Origin: a virus
Length of the DNA: 64,000 bases
Virus record (IMG/VR): IMGVR_UViG_3300045996_001242
Coordinates: 13,645 to 77,644 of that record
Direction: 5' to 3' (one strand)
Positions 39,718 to 48,232 of this stretch are shown here, piece by piece (positions within the stretch are counted from its first letter, which is position 1; every line of letters begins with the position of its first letter). Made by a program: the position numbers and the translations under genes. The notes beneath the pieces are model-generated. The model worked only from the letters and a program-made list of their open reading frames with translations. It had not been told where the DNA came from and did no database searches.

Positions 39718-39859
39718 CCCCGGAGGTACGACGGGTCACGAAGGGCGGGCGGCCCTTGCGCGCCGAGCCCTGTCCTCCCCAGTGATCGGTTGAGGAGGGC
39801 GGACCCTCGGTCTCTCACCGGCAGAGGGGGAGTAAGCCCGACCTTCGAAACCCGTCGTG
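39718..39859 (-). promoter_or_regulatory. Structured 5' leader of the DNA polymerase gene
   Basis: Nested helices ACGACGGGT/ACCCGTCGT, CGAAGG/CCTTCG and CGGGC/GCCCG closing inner hairpins. Confidence 0.45.
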
Positions 39860-39871
39860 GGTGGCGATTAT

Positions 39872-40381
39872 CTAGTAAAGCAGACGAGACGCCACGTAAA
39901 ATTCGATCTTATCCCGGAGCATCATATACTGAGAATATGCCCGGGGATTATCGCGGAGCGTGTAGGCTTCCTCTCTGGTTCGCGCAAGCCCTTTGGCAGT
40001 CGGAACCAGGTCCTGGAGGCAGTTGGGCAGAGCATCACGCACATCTTGTGGGGTGCGGGTGTCCTTGAGGACCAGATAGAGGGCCTGCTGGATCCTGGAC
40101 CGGTCGGCCTCGATGACCCGGCGGACGGTCATTATCGAGCTCGCCTCGGGAGCCAGGTCAGAAGAGAGCCGATCGTATTTGCCGCGGGAAATGGCAGCAC
40201 CCGTCAGCTGGGTGTAGACCTTCCCCATGTGCTTGAACCCGTCTCTCGATCCGCCCGCCGCCATGTGCTTGGCGACGAGCTTCTCCTCGCGTTGACGGAG
40301 ATGCGCCTCCTCCCGTTCGAACAGGAAGTTCACGATGGTGTGGATGCTGTAGTAGAGGGCGCTTTGAGGGCTGTAAGCCAT
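39872..40381 (-). CDS. N4 gp38-like hypothetical protein
   Basis: QDVRDALPNCL motif; between helicase and polymerase. Confidence 0.65.
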   Translation of the reverse strand: MAYSPQSALYYSIHTIVNFLFEREEAHLRQREEKLVAKHMAAGGSRDGFKHMGKVYTQLTGAAISRGKYDRLSSDLAPEASSIMTVRRVIEADRSRIQQALYLVLKDTRTPQDVRDALPNCLQDLVPTAKGLARTREEAYTLRDNPRAYSQYMMLRDKIEFYVASRLLY

Positions 40382-40394
40382 GGGGAAGATCCTC

Positions 40395-41759
40395 TTAGGG
40401 GAGGGCGAGCCCTCCGTATTTGGCGGCCAGGTCCCCATAGAGGAAGACCCGGGTGCGGGCCCGAGAGAACGCTACGTAGAGCATACGGGCGACCTGCTGG
40501 GGCTGGTGGCAGGTGCTGATGTTGCCGAGGTCGACGAACACCGTGTCGTAGGTCGAGCCCTGCGACTTATGCACCGTCGCCGCGTCTCGCGGGCGAAGGT
40601 CCGCGATGTTGTTCTTGAGGTAGAAGTACGGCGTCCATTGCTTGGTGCGGGAGTAGTACCGAACCAGATCGTCGAAGTGCTGACGATCGGTCATCACCGG
40701 GACCTCATAATAGGAGTTCCCCAGGGAGTCCTGGATGTCGACGTGGTCGATATCGAGGTAGACGTCGTGGGTCTTGTCGATGAGGATCTTGCTGGCGCCG
40801 CGGTTGCGGAGGACCTCGACCTCAGTCTCGATCGGGACCTGGCCCCGCTTGTGGTGGATGACTGAGCTCGTGACCAGGTATTCGCCCTTGGTGTAGCTAT
40901 CCGGCAGCTGGCGGATCGAGCGGATGTGGTTGTTGTACTCGATCACCCGCTTGTTGGTGTAGGCGAGGATGCGGGCCGCATGCGTCTGCTTCCCGAACTG
41001 TGCCTGGATCTCGGCCTGCATCTGCGCTCCATCGAGCAGGTCGATGACGCCGGGAACCACCTGGATCGGATTGAACTGGCCGGTCGCCACGGTGTCTCTC
41101 AGCTGCTGGCAGATGCCCATCAGTGCCGGCTGGCCGGCATTGCGGACGGGCTCGAGTAGCTCGACCATCGGCGAGTCGTGCTTGTAGACCGGCGACAGGT
41201 CCTCCTGGACGGGAGCCAGCTGATGGCGATCCCCGACATAGACGAGCTTGCAGTTGATGGTGCCTTCGTGGAGCATCTTCCAGAGCTCGGTGTCGATCAT
41301 CGAGCTCTCGTCGATGAAGATGATCTTGCCGTGGTGGACCATCCAGCGGTTGGTCTTCTTGACGATCGACTTGCCCGTCGAATAGTCGTCCTTGACCGTG
41401 AGGTTGAAGAACGAATGCACGGTCCCCGCCGGCCGGCTGACGCTCTGCGAGAGCACCTCGGCCGCCTTGTTCGTGGTCGCTGTCATGACGACGCCATCGA
41501 ACAGGGGGTGGATCCCGACCAGCGCGCACATCTCGTGGTAGCGCGGCATCGTGTTGTCGATGATGTAGTTCATCAGGTAGGTCTTGCCGACGCCGGCGGG
41601 CCCCGAGATGATGAATTCCTTGTCCTCGCTGAAGAGGAACTCCATGAAGGCGTCGGCGGCTGCCTTCTGCCCCTGGTTCAGATTGTACTGCTTGGGTGCC
41701 GGAGGAGCTGCGACGCCCGGGTAGGTCATCGCGATGGTGCTGGCGGTGGCGGAGGGCAT
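40395..41759 (-). CDS. Dda/RecD-like SF1 DNA helicase
   Basis: GPAGVGKT, IDESSMI, VGDRHQLAPV, TVHKSQGSTY, LYVAFSRAR. Confidence 0.92.
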   Translation of the reverse strand: MPSATASTIAMTYPGVAAPPAPKQYNLNQGQKAAADAFMEFLFSEDKEFIISGPAGVGKTYLMNYIIDNTMPRYHEMCALVGIHPLFDGVVMTATTNKAAEVLSQSVSRPAGTVHSFFNLTVKDDYSTGKSIVKKTNRWMVHHGKIIFIDESSMIDTELWKMLHEGTINCKLVYVGDRHQLAPVQEDLSPVYKHDSPMVELLEPVRNAGQPALMGICQQLRDTVATGQFNPIQVVPGVIDLLDGAQMQAEIQAQFGKQTHAARILAYTNKRVIEYNNHIRSIRQLPDSYTKGEYLVTSSVIHHKRGQVPIETEVEVLRNRGASKILIDKTHDVYLDIDHVDIQDSLGNSYYEVPVMTDRQHFDDLVRYYSRTKQWTPYFYLKNNIADLRPRDAATVHKSQGSTYDTVFVDLGNISTCHQPQQVARMLYVAFSRARTRVFLYGDLAAKYGGLALP

Positions 41760-41849
41760 TAAAGGCTCACATTATCTTGTGGGTTGGTCCGAAAATGGAA
41801 AACCCCGGGGTTAACCGGGGCTTCCTACTTGATCAGGATTTGTCTGGGC

Positions 41850-42035
41850 CTAGAGCGTGTCGTAGATCCTCTCGACGTCCTCACGGGCCATCTCGGGGTG
41901 CGACAGCATCATCTGCCCGATGACCCATGATCGCCTCTGAGCGTCGATCTCGGCCTTGGTCATCGGCGGCCTGTTCCGAACCTCGGCCAGCAATCGAGCC
42001 AGCTCGGGGTCCATTGGAATGGGCTCACTCAGCAT
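41850..42035 (-). CDS. Hypothetical protein
   Basis: 61 aa, MTKAEIDAQRRSWVIG; overlaps the H-NS stop. Confidence 0.5.
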   Translation of the reverse strand: MLSEPIPMDPELARLLAEVRNRPPMTKAEIDAQRRSWVIGQMMLSHPEMAREDVERIYDTL

Positions 42036-42459
42036 CGGCGATCAGGAACTGCTCGCGGTCTTTGCCGCGGATCCAGACGGGCTCTTTGCCGCGGCCCGAC
42101 CAGGTCGCCCCGCTGGCGGGATCCCGGTACTTCTGGATCGCCTTCTGGCCCTTGCGCTTGATCTTGAGACCGCCCAGGGCGTCGACGAGCTCGTCGATCG
42201 GGATGTCGTAGCTATGGACGACGCTCACGATCTGCTCGATGACGGCCCGCTTCTCGGCCTGCTGCTTCTCGAGGATCTTCCGCTGGATCTCGTCCTGCTG
42301 ACGTTGCAGGTCCTCGAGGGTCATGTCAGAGGTCGGGTCGTCAGGCGCTTCCATCTGTACCTCCTTCATGTTGCTGGGGGTGGTGGTTGCCTCGTCGGCG
42401 TTGAAGACGAGGCGCTGCGTGCGGACGGCAGGTTCTTCACGAACTTCTTGCTCGGTCAT
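42025..42459 (-). CDS. hns: H-NS family nucleoid-structuring protein
   Basis: Coiled-coil N-terminus plus KYRDPASGATWSGRGKEPVWI DNA-binding signature; GGAG RBS. Confidence 0.88.
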   Translation of the reverse strand: MTEQEVREEPAVRTQRLVFNADEATTTPSNMKEVQMEAPDDPTSDMTLEDLQRQQDEIQRKILEKQQAEKRAVIEQIVSVVHSYDIPIDELVDALGGLKIKRKGQKAIQKYRDPASGATWSGRGKEPVWIRGKDREQFLIADAE

Positions 42460-42577
42460 TTGTTGCTCCTGGCCTACGTGGCCGTGGCAGATAAGTCGGT
42501 TTCTGAGACGCACCCTTTTCGGGTTTCGATTTTGGAGTCAAGAGATATTCGAGATATCTCTTAAACTTTCCTGAAAA

Positions 42578-42889
42578 TCAGGCCGTGACCCCCGCCGCCG
42601 TAGTTCGGTTCACGTATTCCTTGATCAACAGGGCACGGACAAAGTCCTTGACCGTGTAGCCTGGGCCGAGCTGCTGGATCAGCCACTCCTGCTGGGCAGG
42701 GGCCAGGGCTTCGAAGATGTCCTCCATGAAGGCTCGCCGGGTATCGATGGGGTCGATCCGCAGTTCTTTCAGCCGGTTGGAAACGGTAGTCGGGTGGACG
42801 TTGAGGCGTTCACCAATGCCGGTCAACGACAGGCCTAGGTTGTTGAATTCGATGATCTTTCTGTCATCGGCTTTGCGCTGGTAAGGCAT
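42578..42889 (-). CDS. HTH DNA-binding protein
   Basis: GLSLTGIGERLNVHPTTVSNRL helix-turn-helix. Confidence 0.7.
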   Translation of the reverse strand: MPYQRKADDRKIIEFNNLGLSLTGIGERLNVHPTTVSNRLKELRIDPIDTRRAFMEDIFEALAPAQQEWLIQQLGPGYTVKDFVRALLIKEYVNRTTAAGVTA

Positions 42890-42973
42890 GGGTCGGGTTC
42901 CGTGATTATCCACCATTAACTCGGGGACCATTTTATTGATTATTGCACGGATTTTCAAGATACCCTTCTCAAG

Positions 42974-43146
42974 AAAAAGGACCCCCCGTTCACTGGCCAA
43001 GAGAACGGAGGATCCCACCAAATCCCCTCCCGGAAGAGGCGTCCGGCTCTGTGGAGTACCGTGTGCGATAGTGGGTTTCGCCTACGCCGCGGGGCGTCGC
43101 TGCGCATGCCCCGCTCTGACCACGTCACCAGAACTAACGGGAACCC
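42974..43146 (-). ncRNA. Putative ~170-nt sRNA with upstream promoter-like motif and intrinsic terminator
   Basis: CTTGAC-N13-CCATTT at 43172-43148; internal hairpins; terminator stem 42979-43015 followed by TTTTT. Confidence 0.45.
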
Positions 43147-43252
43147 AAAATGGTTTCATTGCGTCTGTCAAGCGGTAACGTACGAAAAAATGCGTACAAC
43201 CCCTTGATATTATTAGGAAAATCGCCACCGGATTATGACGATTCGGGTGTGT

Positions 43253-43492
43253 TTATTTTTCGAGTTTCTCCCGGACGGTCAGCTCCAGGCCCAGGACATT
43301 GAGGCAGGCATCGAGGTTACCGATGGTCGGCTCGGTCCTGGTCCGCCAGTCCTTGAAGGTGTTTTTGTTGATGCCGGAGCGGTCTGCCATGTCGATCGGG
43401 CCGACCTGCTGGGCATTCATCTCGACGAAGAGCCGGCGAACCAGGGGATGCGTCGAGTCGGGGATCGAGACCGGGCGAAAGCGGCGGATCAT
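43253..43492 (-). CDS. XRE/Cro-like HTH protein
   Basis: DMADRSGINKNTFKDWRTRTEPTIGNLDACLNVLGLEL. Confidence 0.75.
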   Translation of the reverse strand: MIRRFRPVSIPDSTHPLVRRLFVEMNAQQVGPIDMADRSGINKNTFKDWRTRTEPTIGNLDACLNVLGLELTVREKLEK

Positions 43493-43713
43493 TGGTCGTC
43501 AGGATCCCCTGGTTCGATGACTGTGCCATCGTCGCGCAGGATCTCGTGATAGAGGACCTCGACGCCCTGGCCGTCGCCGCAGAAGTCGTGAATCGGGTCC
43601 TGGGAGGCGTTCCACGTCTCGCGGGCCAGCTCCTCAGCCTTGTCGCCGTCTTCGGCTTCAACCTCGACTTGGTAACGGACGGTCTCGACCAGCATCACTA
43701 GGAATTTGGTCAT
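43489..43713 (-). CDS. DpnD/PcfM-like small protein
   Basis: VETVRYQVEVEAEDGDKAEELARE pattern. Confidence 0.5.
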   Translation of the reverse strand: MTKFLVMLVETVRYQVEVEAEDGDKAEELARETWNASQDPIHDFCGDGQGVEVLYHEILRDDGTVIEPGDPDDQ

Positions 43714-43715
43714 CG

Positions 43716-43925
43716 TCAGAACCCCAGGATCCGCATGAACCACATCTCGATGCCCTTGCCGTTGGCCTTGCGGAACTTCTCCGCGCGGGCATGGCCCTGC
43801 TCTTTGATCACGAGCTTCTTGGGCGCTCTCAGGATGTGGGTGAGCTCGCCATCGAGGTAGACGTGGACATGTCCCTCGTCGCGGATGTCGATCTCGACGA
43901 GGCCGGCGGTAATTTCAGTGGTCAT
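43716..43925 (-). CDS. Hypothetical protein
   Basis: Tightly packed minus-strand operon. Confidence 0.5.
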   Translation of the reverse strand: MTTEITAGLVEIDIRDEGHVHVYLDGELTHILRAPKKLVIKEQGHARAEKFRKANGKGIEMWFMRILGF

Positions 43926-44236
43926 TGGCTATTGGTCCATTCTTCGATTTCAGTGACCTGGGCGATCGTCAGCCCGCCATGCTTGGCGATGATGTCGATG
44001 GCTTCCCAGACTGGTTCCTCAGCGCGGTTGCGCTTGCGCTCGGGGCGGCTGCGTTCGTAGGCGTCCCAGCACTTTTCGTTGAGCTCGTCGGCGCAGGCTT
44101 TGGCGTCCGACTGCCTGGCGAATTTGACGGGCCACCTGGGGGCGGCCGGATCCTTGAAGACGTGCAGGAACGTCTCGCCGGCACGAAGGCAGAGCCGCCA
44201 GGTGCCGTCGTCGTGTTGTCGATTGGAGAAGGCCAT
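43922..44236 (-). CDS. Hypothetical protein
   Basis: Start MAFSNRQHDD overlaps the upstream stop. Confidence 0.5.
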   Translation of the reverse strand: MAFSNRQHDDGTWRLCLRAGETFLHVFKDPAAPRWPVKFARQSDAKACADELNEKCWDAYERSRPERKRNRAEEPVWEAIDIIAKHGGLTIAQVTEIEEWTNSQ

Positions 44237-44358
44237 CAGGGCAACAAGCTCCAGAACAGGGCCCCGACTAGGAGCACGGCGCCCAGGGCTATGAAGCCGG
44301 CCCACAGGTAGAGCGGCCACATCGATTGAGCGGTGAGGCAGGCAGCGTCGCAGAGCAT
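44236..44358 (-). CDS. 40-aa membrane peptide
   Basis: Translated by hand: MLCDAACLTAQSMWPLYLWAGFIALGAVLLVGALFWSLLP; GAAGGA RBS. Confidence 0.45.
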   Translation of the reverse strand: MLCDAACLTAQSMWPLYLWAGFIALGAVLLVGALFWSLLP

Positions 44359-44368
44359 AGTGAGTCCT

Positions 44369-44509
44369 TCAGGAGAGGAAGTTCCAGACCAGCTGGGCGC
44401 CATAGACGATCCCAGTCGCGGTCTCGATCATGGCGATCGCGATCACGCCGCCGGCGATCGCGCAGAACAGGGTGAACCCTGCGATCTCGAGGGAGCGCCT
44501 AAGCCGCAT
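44369..44509 (-). CDS. 46-aa membrane peptide
   Basis: Translated by hand: MRLRRSLEIAGFTLFCAIAGGVIAIAMIETATGIVYGAQLVWNFLS; GGAG RBS. Confidence 0.45.
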   Translation of the reverse strand: MRLRRSLEIAGFTLFCAIAGGVIAIAMIETATGIVYGAQLVWNFLS

Positions 44510-44771
44510 CCGGTAGCTCCAGCGGGATGATCTCCAGCGTCGTCCGCGGGAAGTTCTGCGTGACCCGAATCGTGAACGGCATGCCGCCGGGGTAGTCGTT
44601 CTGCCATTCCATGAGCATGGTCTCTATGTTGCTCAGGATCTCGGGCACACGGGCCTCGTTGTGGAACTCCCTCGAGAGCGGGCCGAGGTTGAGGCGGGCT
44701 TGCTTCCGCCTCTCGTATGGGTCGACGTAGCCGGCCTCCTTGGCGAGTGCCAAATCCTCGTTGAAGCTCAT
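44499..44771 (-). CDS. Hypothetical protein
   Basis: AAGGAG RBS; ATGA overlap with the GcrA-like gene. Confidence 0.55.
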   Translation of the reverse strand: MSFNEDLALAKEAGYVDPYERRKQARLNLGPLSREFHNEARVPEILSNIETMLMEWQNDYPGGMPFTIRVTQNFPRTTLEIIPLELPDAA

Positions 44772-45364
44772 CGACTGGTTCTCCTTGTCTGGAATAGGCG
44801 GCCCCGATGGTTGGGGCAGTAGCGTGGGTGGCCTTCGGTCCCGTGGCCGCAGAAGAGGTGCCGTTCCCCTGGAGCTGGTTCGTTGATGCCCCAGTGGCAC
44901 TGGTTGGGGCCGAGCTCCCAGAGTGCGAGCTTGAGCGCCGTCCGGTCATAGGCGAGGTTGACCTCGGCGACCGGCACCTTGGCCGGCTGCTGGACCTCGC
45001 CCCGCACGTAGTTGAGCTTCTTGCGCTTGCGCTTCTCGAGGCGCGGAGCGTGCTGGCGAGGCAGCTTGTTGCCGTGCTCGTCTCGCAGCTGGCGCTGACC
45101 GGGCACACCACCTCCGCCCAGCGGATAGCTGATCCTGAGCTCGGGAACGCGGGTGTAGAAGCCCATGATCGAGTTGCGGGTCACCTGCGAGCCGGTGAGC
45201 TTGGTGAGGGTGACCGCAAGGGTCTTGGCGGAACAATTCTCGTTCCAGTTTTCGGTGATGAGCGCGACGCGATCTTCGCGGCTCAGGTCTGGCCAATGCA
45301 ACATCTGGTCATTCGATTTCTGGAGTGGGGGAGGCCCGGCAGAAACCGCCGGGTGGTTGATCAT
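44768..45364 (-). CDS. gcrA: GcrA-like transcriptional regulator
   Basis: N-terminal W..SAKTLA...VTRNSIMG HTH; C-terminal LWEL...CHWGINEP...FCG...YCPNH motif of the GcrA family. Confidence 0.75.
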   Translation of the reverse strand: MINHPAVSAGPPPLQKSNDQMLHWPDLSREDRVALITENWNENCSAKTLAVTLTKLTGSQVTRNSIMGFYTRVPELRISYPLGGGGVPGQRQLRDEHGNKLPRQHAPRLEKRKRKKLNYVRGEVQQPAKVPVAEVNLAYDRTALKLALWELGPNQCHWGINEPAPGERHLFCGHGTEGHPRYCPNHRGRLFQTRRTSR

Positions 45365-46575
45365 TCGTGTAGGTGGACGATGGTCCCGTGCGGCACTTCG
45401 GCCTTCCGGTTATTGAGGGCGACCCAGATGATCGGGACGTGCGCCAGGTCCGCGGGAAGCGGGTGCATGGGATCGCACTGCAGGTCCGAGAAGATGACGA
45501 CAGCGGTCGGCTTGTGCTCGATGATGTGCTCGCGCACGCAGACCAGCGAGGTGCCGCCGCGGCCGACGATCTTCACCTCGTCGACTTCGTCCTCCTCGAG
45601 GAAGACGTCTTCCTTCTGGATCTGCTCGTCGAACTGGACCATCGTCATCTTCTTCGGCTTGAAGTAGTCGTGGACGTACTTGAATTCCGAGTTGAATCTG
45701 ATGGCGTCGCCGTCCGAGATCGAGCCGGAGACGTCCTCATAGTAGATGACGTGGTCGAGGCCGTTGTACTCTTCCATGAGGTCCGGCAGGTACATGTCCT
45801 GGTAGCGCCGGTTGGGGCGGGCCCAGCTGTAGTCGTGGCCGCCCAGCTCGTTGAAGAACTGGAAGAGCGCCTTGTCCCAGTCGATCTTGGGAGCAAGGAA
45901 GCGCTTCAGCGTCGTCTCGATCTCTCCGGGGATGCTGCCGCCGGCGAGCTGTGCCTGGTGGGCGGCCGAGATGACGTTGTTGAGGACCTGATGCTGCAGC
46001 GCGGCTGCGACGTCGACCTCATCTGGCTCCACGAGGTCGCCGACAAGATCGCCGAGTCCGGTCTCCGGGTTGGTCAGCCAGGGAGTTGACCAGGGCATGG
46101 CGGGGGCATTGCCCTGGCCTTGGGCCTGGTGTTTGGCGATGAGCTCGTCGCGGATCCTGACGATGTCGTCATAGACGTCCTCGGTGACCCAGCCCTCGTA
46201 GTCGAAGTTGAACCAGGGCTTGAAGCCTTTGAAGCTCTTGCCCTCGCGGATCAGTGTGTTGTTGATCAGGATGTCGGCCGCGTAGTTCCAGATCTCATGC
46301 TCCCTGGATCCACAGCGCAGCATGTCAAGCCGCGCTGGGTGCCAGAGCTCATGGAGGAGGATGGTCTCGCGGACCTCCGGCAGCAGCGAGAGGAAGAACC
46401 GAGGGTTCCACCAGAGCGTCACGCCGTTGGTGCAGGCCGTCTGTATGTCCTCGACCCAGGAGAAGTTCATCGAGCACATCAGCGGGCCGAGGAAGGCGGC
46501 GTTGCTGTTGAGGAACACCTTGGTCTTGGTGCGGTCGAACTCACGTTCGAGCAGCGTGTAGTCGATCTCGGTCAT
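45361..46575 (-). CDS. Metallopeptidase plus vWA domain protein (N4 gp25-like)
   Basis: TACTNG, HELWH (HExxH), WNYAADILIN, DVSGS MIDAS, GRGGT, FSDL. Confidence 0.85.
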   Translation of the reverse strand: MTEIDYTLLEREFDRTKTKVFLNSNAAFLGPLMCSMNFSWVEDIQTACTNGVTLWWNPRFFLSLLPEVRETILLHELWHPARLDMLRCGSREHEIWNYAADILINNTLIREGKSFKGFKPWFNFDYEGWVTEDVYDDIVRIRDELIAKHQAQGQGNAPAMPWSTPWLTNPETGLGDLVGDLVEPDEVDVAAALQHQVLNNVISAAHQAQLAGGSIPGEIETTLKRFLAPKIDWDKALFQFFNELGGHDYSWARPNRRYQDMYLPDLMEEYNGLDHVIYYEDVSGSISDGDAIRFNSEFKYVHDYFKPKKMTMVQFDEQIQKEDVFLEEDEVDEVKIVGRGGTSLVCVREHIIEHKPTAVVIFSDLQCDPMHPLPADLAHVPIIWVALNNRKAEVPHGTIVHLHE

Positions 46576-48014
46576 TTCCTGTCCTTCTTCTTGAGCCAGG
46601 GCTTATGACCCTCGCCCGCCATGATGGTGCCGGCCGGGATGACCTCGTCGACGATGGTGGCGAGATCGAACTTCGTGATCTGGCGACGCACCTCATCGGG
46701 CCGCTTGTAGGCACTGGGCAGCTCCGAGATGTCGGGCTTGCCGCAGTAGAAGCGGACGTCGAGGCCCTGCGTCTCACGGTCGATGATCGTCTGCAGGTCT
46801 CGTGGCGAGATCCCTCGTGCGTCGGACGGGAACTCCTCGAGCAGGCGCTTCATGTGCGCGGTGCGCGAGAGGTTCCTGCCGGCGCCGTGTGGTGCGAAGC
46901 CCAGACCGTCGATCGGTCGGCGATCGTTCGGCATGGTGATCAGGATCGGCTGCCCCATGTTCAGTGGGATCAGCATCTGCCCGCAATCGTCATTGGCGTA
47001 GCCGTAGTAGGACGGCGTCGAGCCCTTGGCATGATAGAAGAGCCCGTCGGCCCGTCTGAAGACGAAGTTGTGCTCGTTCCAGAAGCGGCCGACGATGGCG
47101 TTGCCAAGTCGCTGCTGCATGGCGTCGTGGATCGCGTAGTGGTTGAGCTTGGTCCACTCGCGGACCAGCTGCAGGGCTTCCCAGTAGTCGTGGCCTTCCT
47201 GCGAGTTGGCATCGATCCAGGCTGCTGCCTTGGGCGTCCGTGGCGAGACGATCGAGGTGTGCTTCTCGGCCACAGCTTTACCACGGCGATAGACCTCGGC
47301 GCCGAAGCCTCGAGATCCATGGTGGGTGACGATCGCCAGCTGTCCGGTCGACTTGAGGTGGCCCACGAAAAAGAAGTGGTTGCCATCGCCCTGGGTCATA
47401 AATTGGCCAATGGCACGGTCCTCGAGCCCGGCAGTGAAGCGGTTTTCTGGCAGGCGGTCGATCAGCCCGGCGAACTGGGTGTCCCGGCCGTAGGCGGCCA
47501 ACTGCTGCCGCGGCTGGTTGCCGAAGTGCGTCGTCTGCATGGCGACGTCGAGGACCCGGCTGACGTCCATGTCCCGCTTGAAGACGGTGATGGCCATCGA
47601 GCAGCAGGCGTCCTCGGAGTGGAAGCCCGGATGGATCGCGTCTTTGGTTGCAACCACACCACCAACCGGGATGACGCCGGCAGCCGGACAGGCATCCGGC
47701 ATGACGGCGGCGTGCATCACGGTGGGGGTGCGGACGAGCTCGTCCATCTGCCGGACGACGCCGGCGTAGTTGACCACCTCGTCGTCGGTCTCGGCCTCGA
47801 GGAAGATGCCGAAGGGGATCGAGTTGGTGCGCAGCTGCAGCGCAGGGTCGAGTTCAGGCTCGCGAGGCTTGTAGTTGTTGGAGATGAACTCGCGGATCTC
47901 GTCGAGGGGGTACTTCCCCAAGACAGTGTTGCCGAATTCGATCGCCTCTTTGAACCAGGGGCCAGGCTTGAAGCCCCAGGCGATGAGCGTCTCGCCGGTG
48001 ATCTTATCGGTCAT
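46572..48014 (-). CDS. rtcB: RtcB family RNA ligase
   Basis: MPDAC, DACCSM, GDGNHF, HHGSRG, EHNF, HAKG, PHGAGR, ELPSAYK. Confidence 0.9.
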   Translation of the reverse strand: MTDKITGETLIAWGFKPGPWFKEAIEFGNTVLGKYPLDEIREFISNNYKPREPELDPALQLRTNSIPFGIFLEAETDDEVVNYAGVVRQMDELVRTPTVMHAAVMPDACPAAGVIPVGGVVATKDAIHPGFHSEDACCSMAITVFKRDMDVSRVLDVAMQTTHFGNQPRQQLAAYGRDTQFAGLIDRLPENRFTAGLEDRAIGQFMTQGDGNHFFFVGHLKSTGQLAIVTHHGSRGFGAEVYRRGKAVAEKHTSIVSPRTPKAAAWIDANSQEGHDYWEALQLVREWTKLNHYAIHDAMQQRLGNAIVGRFWNEHNFVFRRADGLFYHAKGSTPSYYGYANDDCGQMLIPLNMGQPILITMPNDRRPIDGLGFAPHGAGRNLSRTAHMKRLLEEFPSDARGISPRDLQTIIDRETQGLDVRFYCGKPDISELPSAYKRPDEVRRQITKFDLATIVDEVIPAGTIMAGEGHKPWLKKKDRK

Positions 48015-48232
48015 TGGGTTTCCTCTTTGATGACGGCCTCGACCTTGGCGATGGCAGCCTCGAGCGTGTCGAAGGTGCCCATCTGCGGGTTCACGGGCAG
48101 CCCAGCGTGATCGTTGACGATGAACCGTCCGTGGTAGACCTGGATGCTCAGGTGCGGGTGTTCGACGCACTGGTAGGTATCGTCGACCGAGTCATCCTCG
48201 GCGGGGGTGAAGACGTAGGTCGGCCGACTCAT
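48011..48232 (-). CDS. Hypothetical protein
   Basis: ATGA overlaps on both sides. Confidence 0.55.
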   Translation of the reverse strand: MSRPTYVFTPAEDDSVDDTYQCVEHPHLSIQVYHGRFIVNDHAGLPVNPQMGTFDTLEAAIAKVEAVIKEETQ

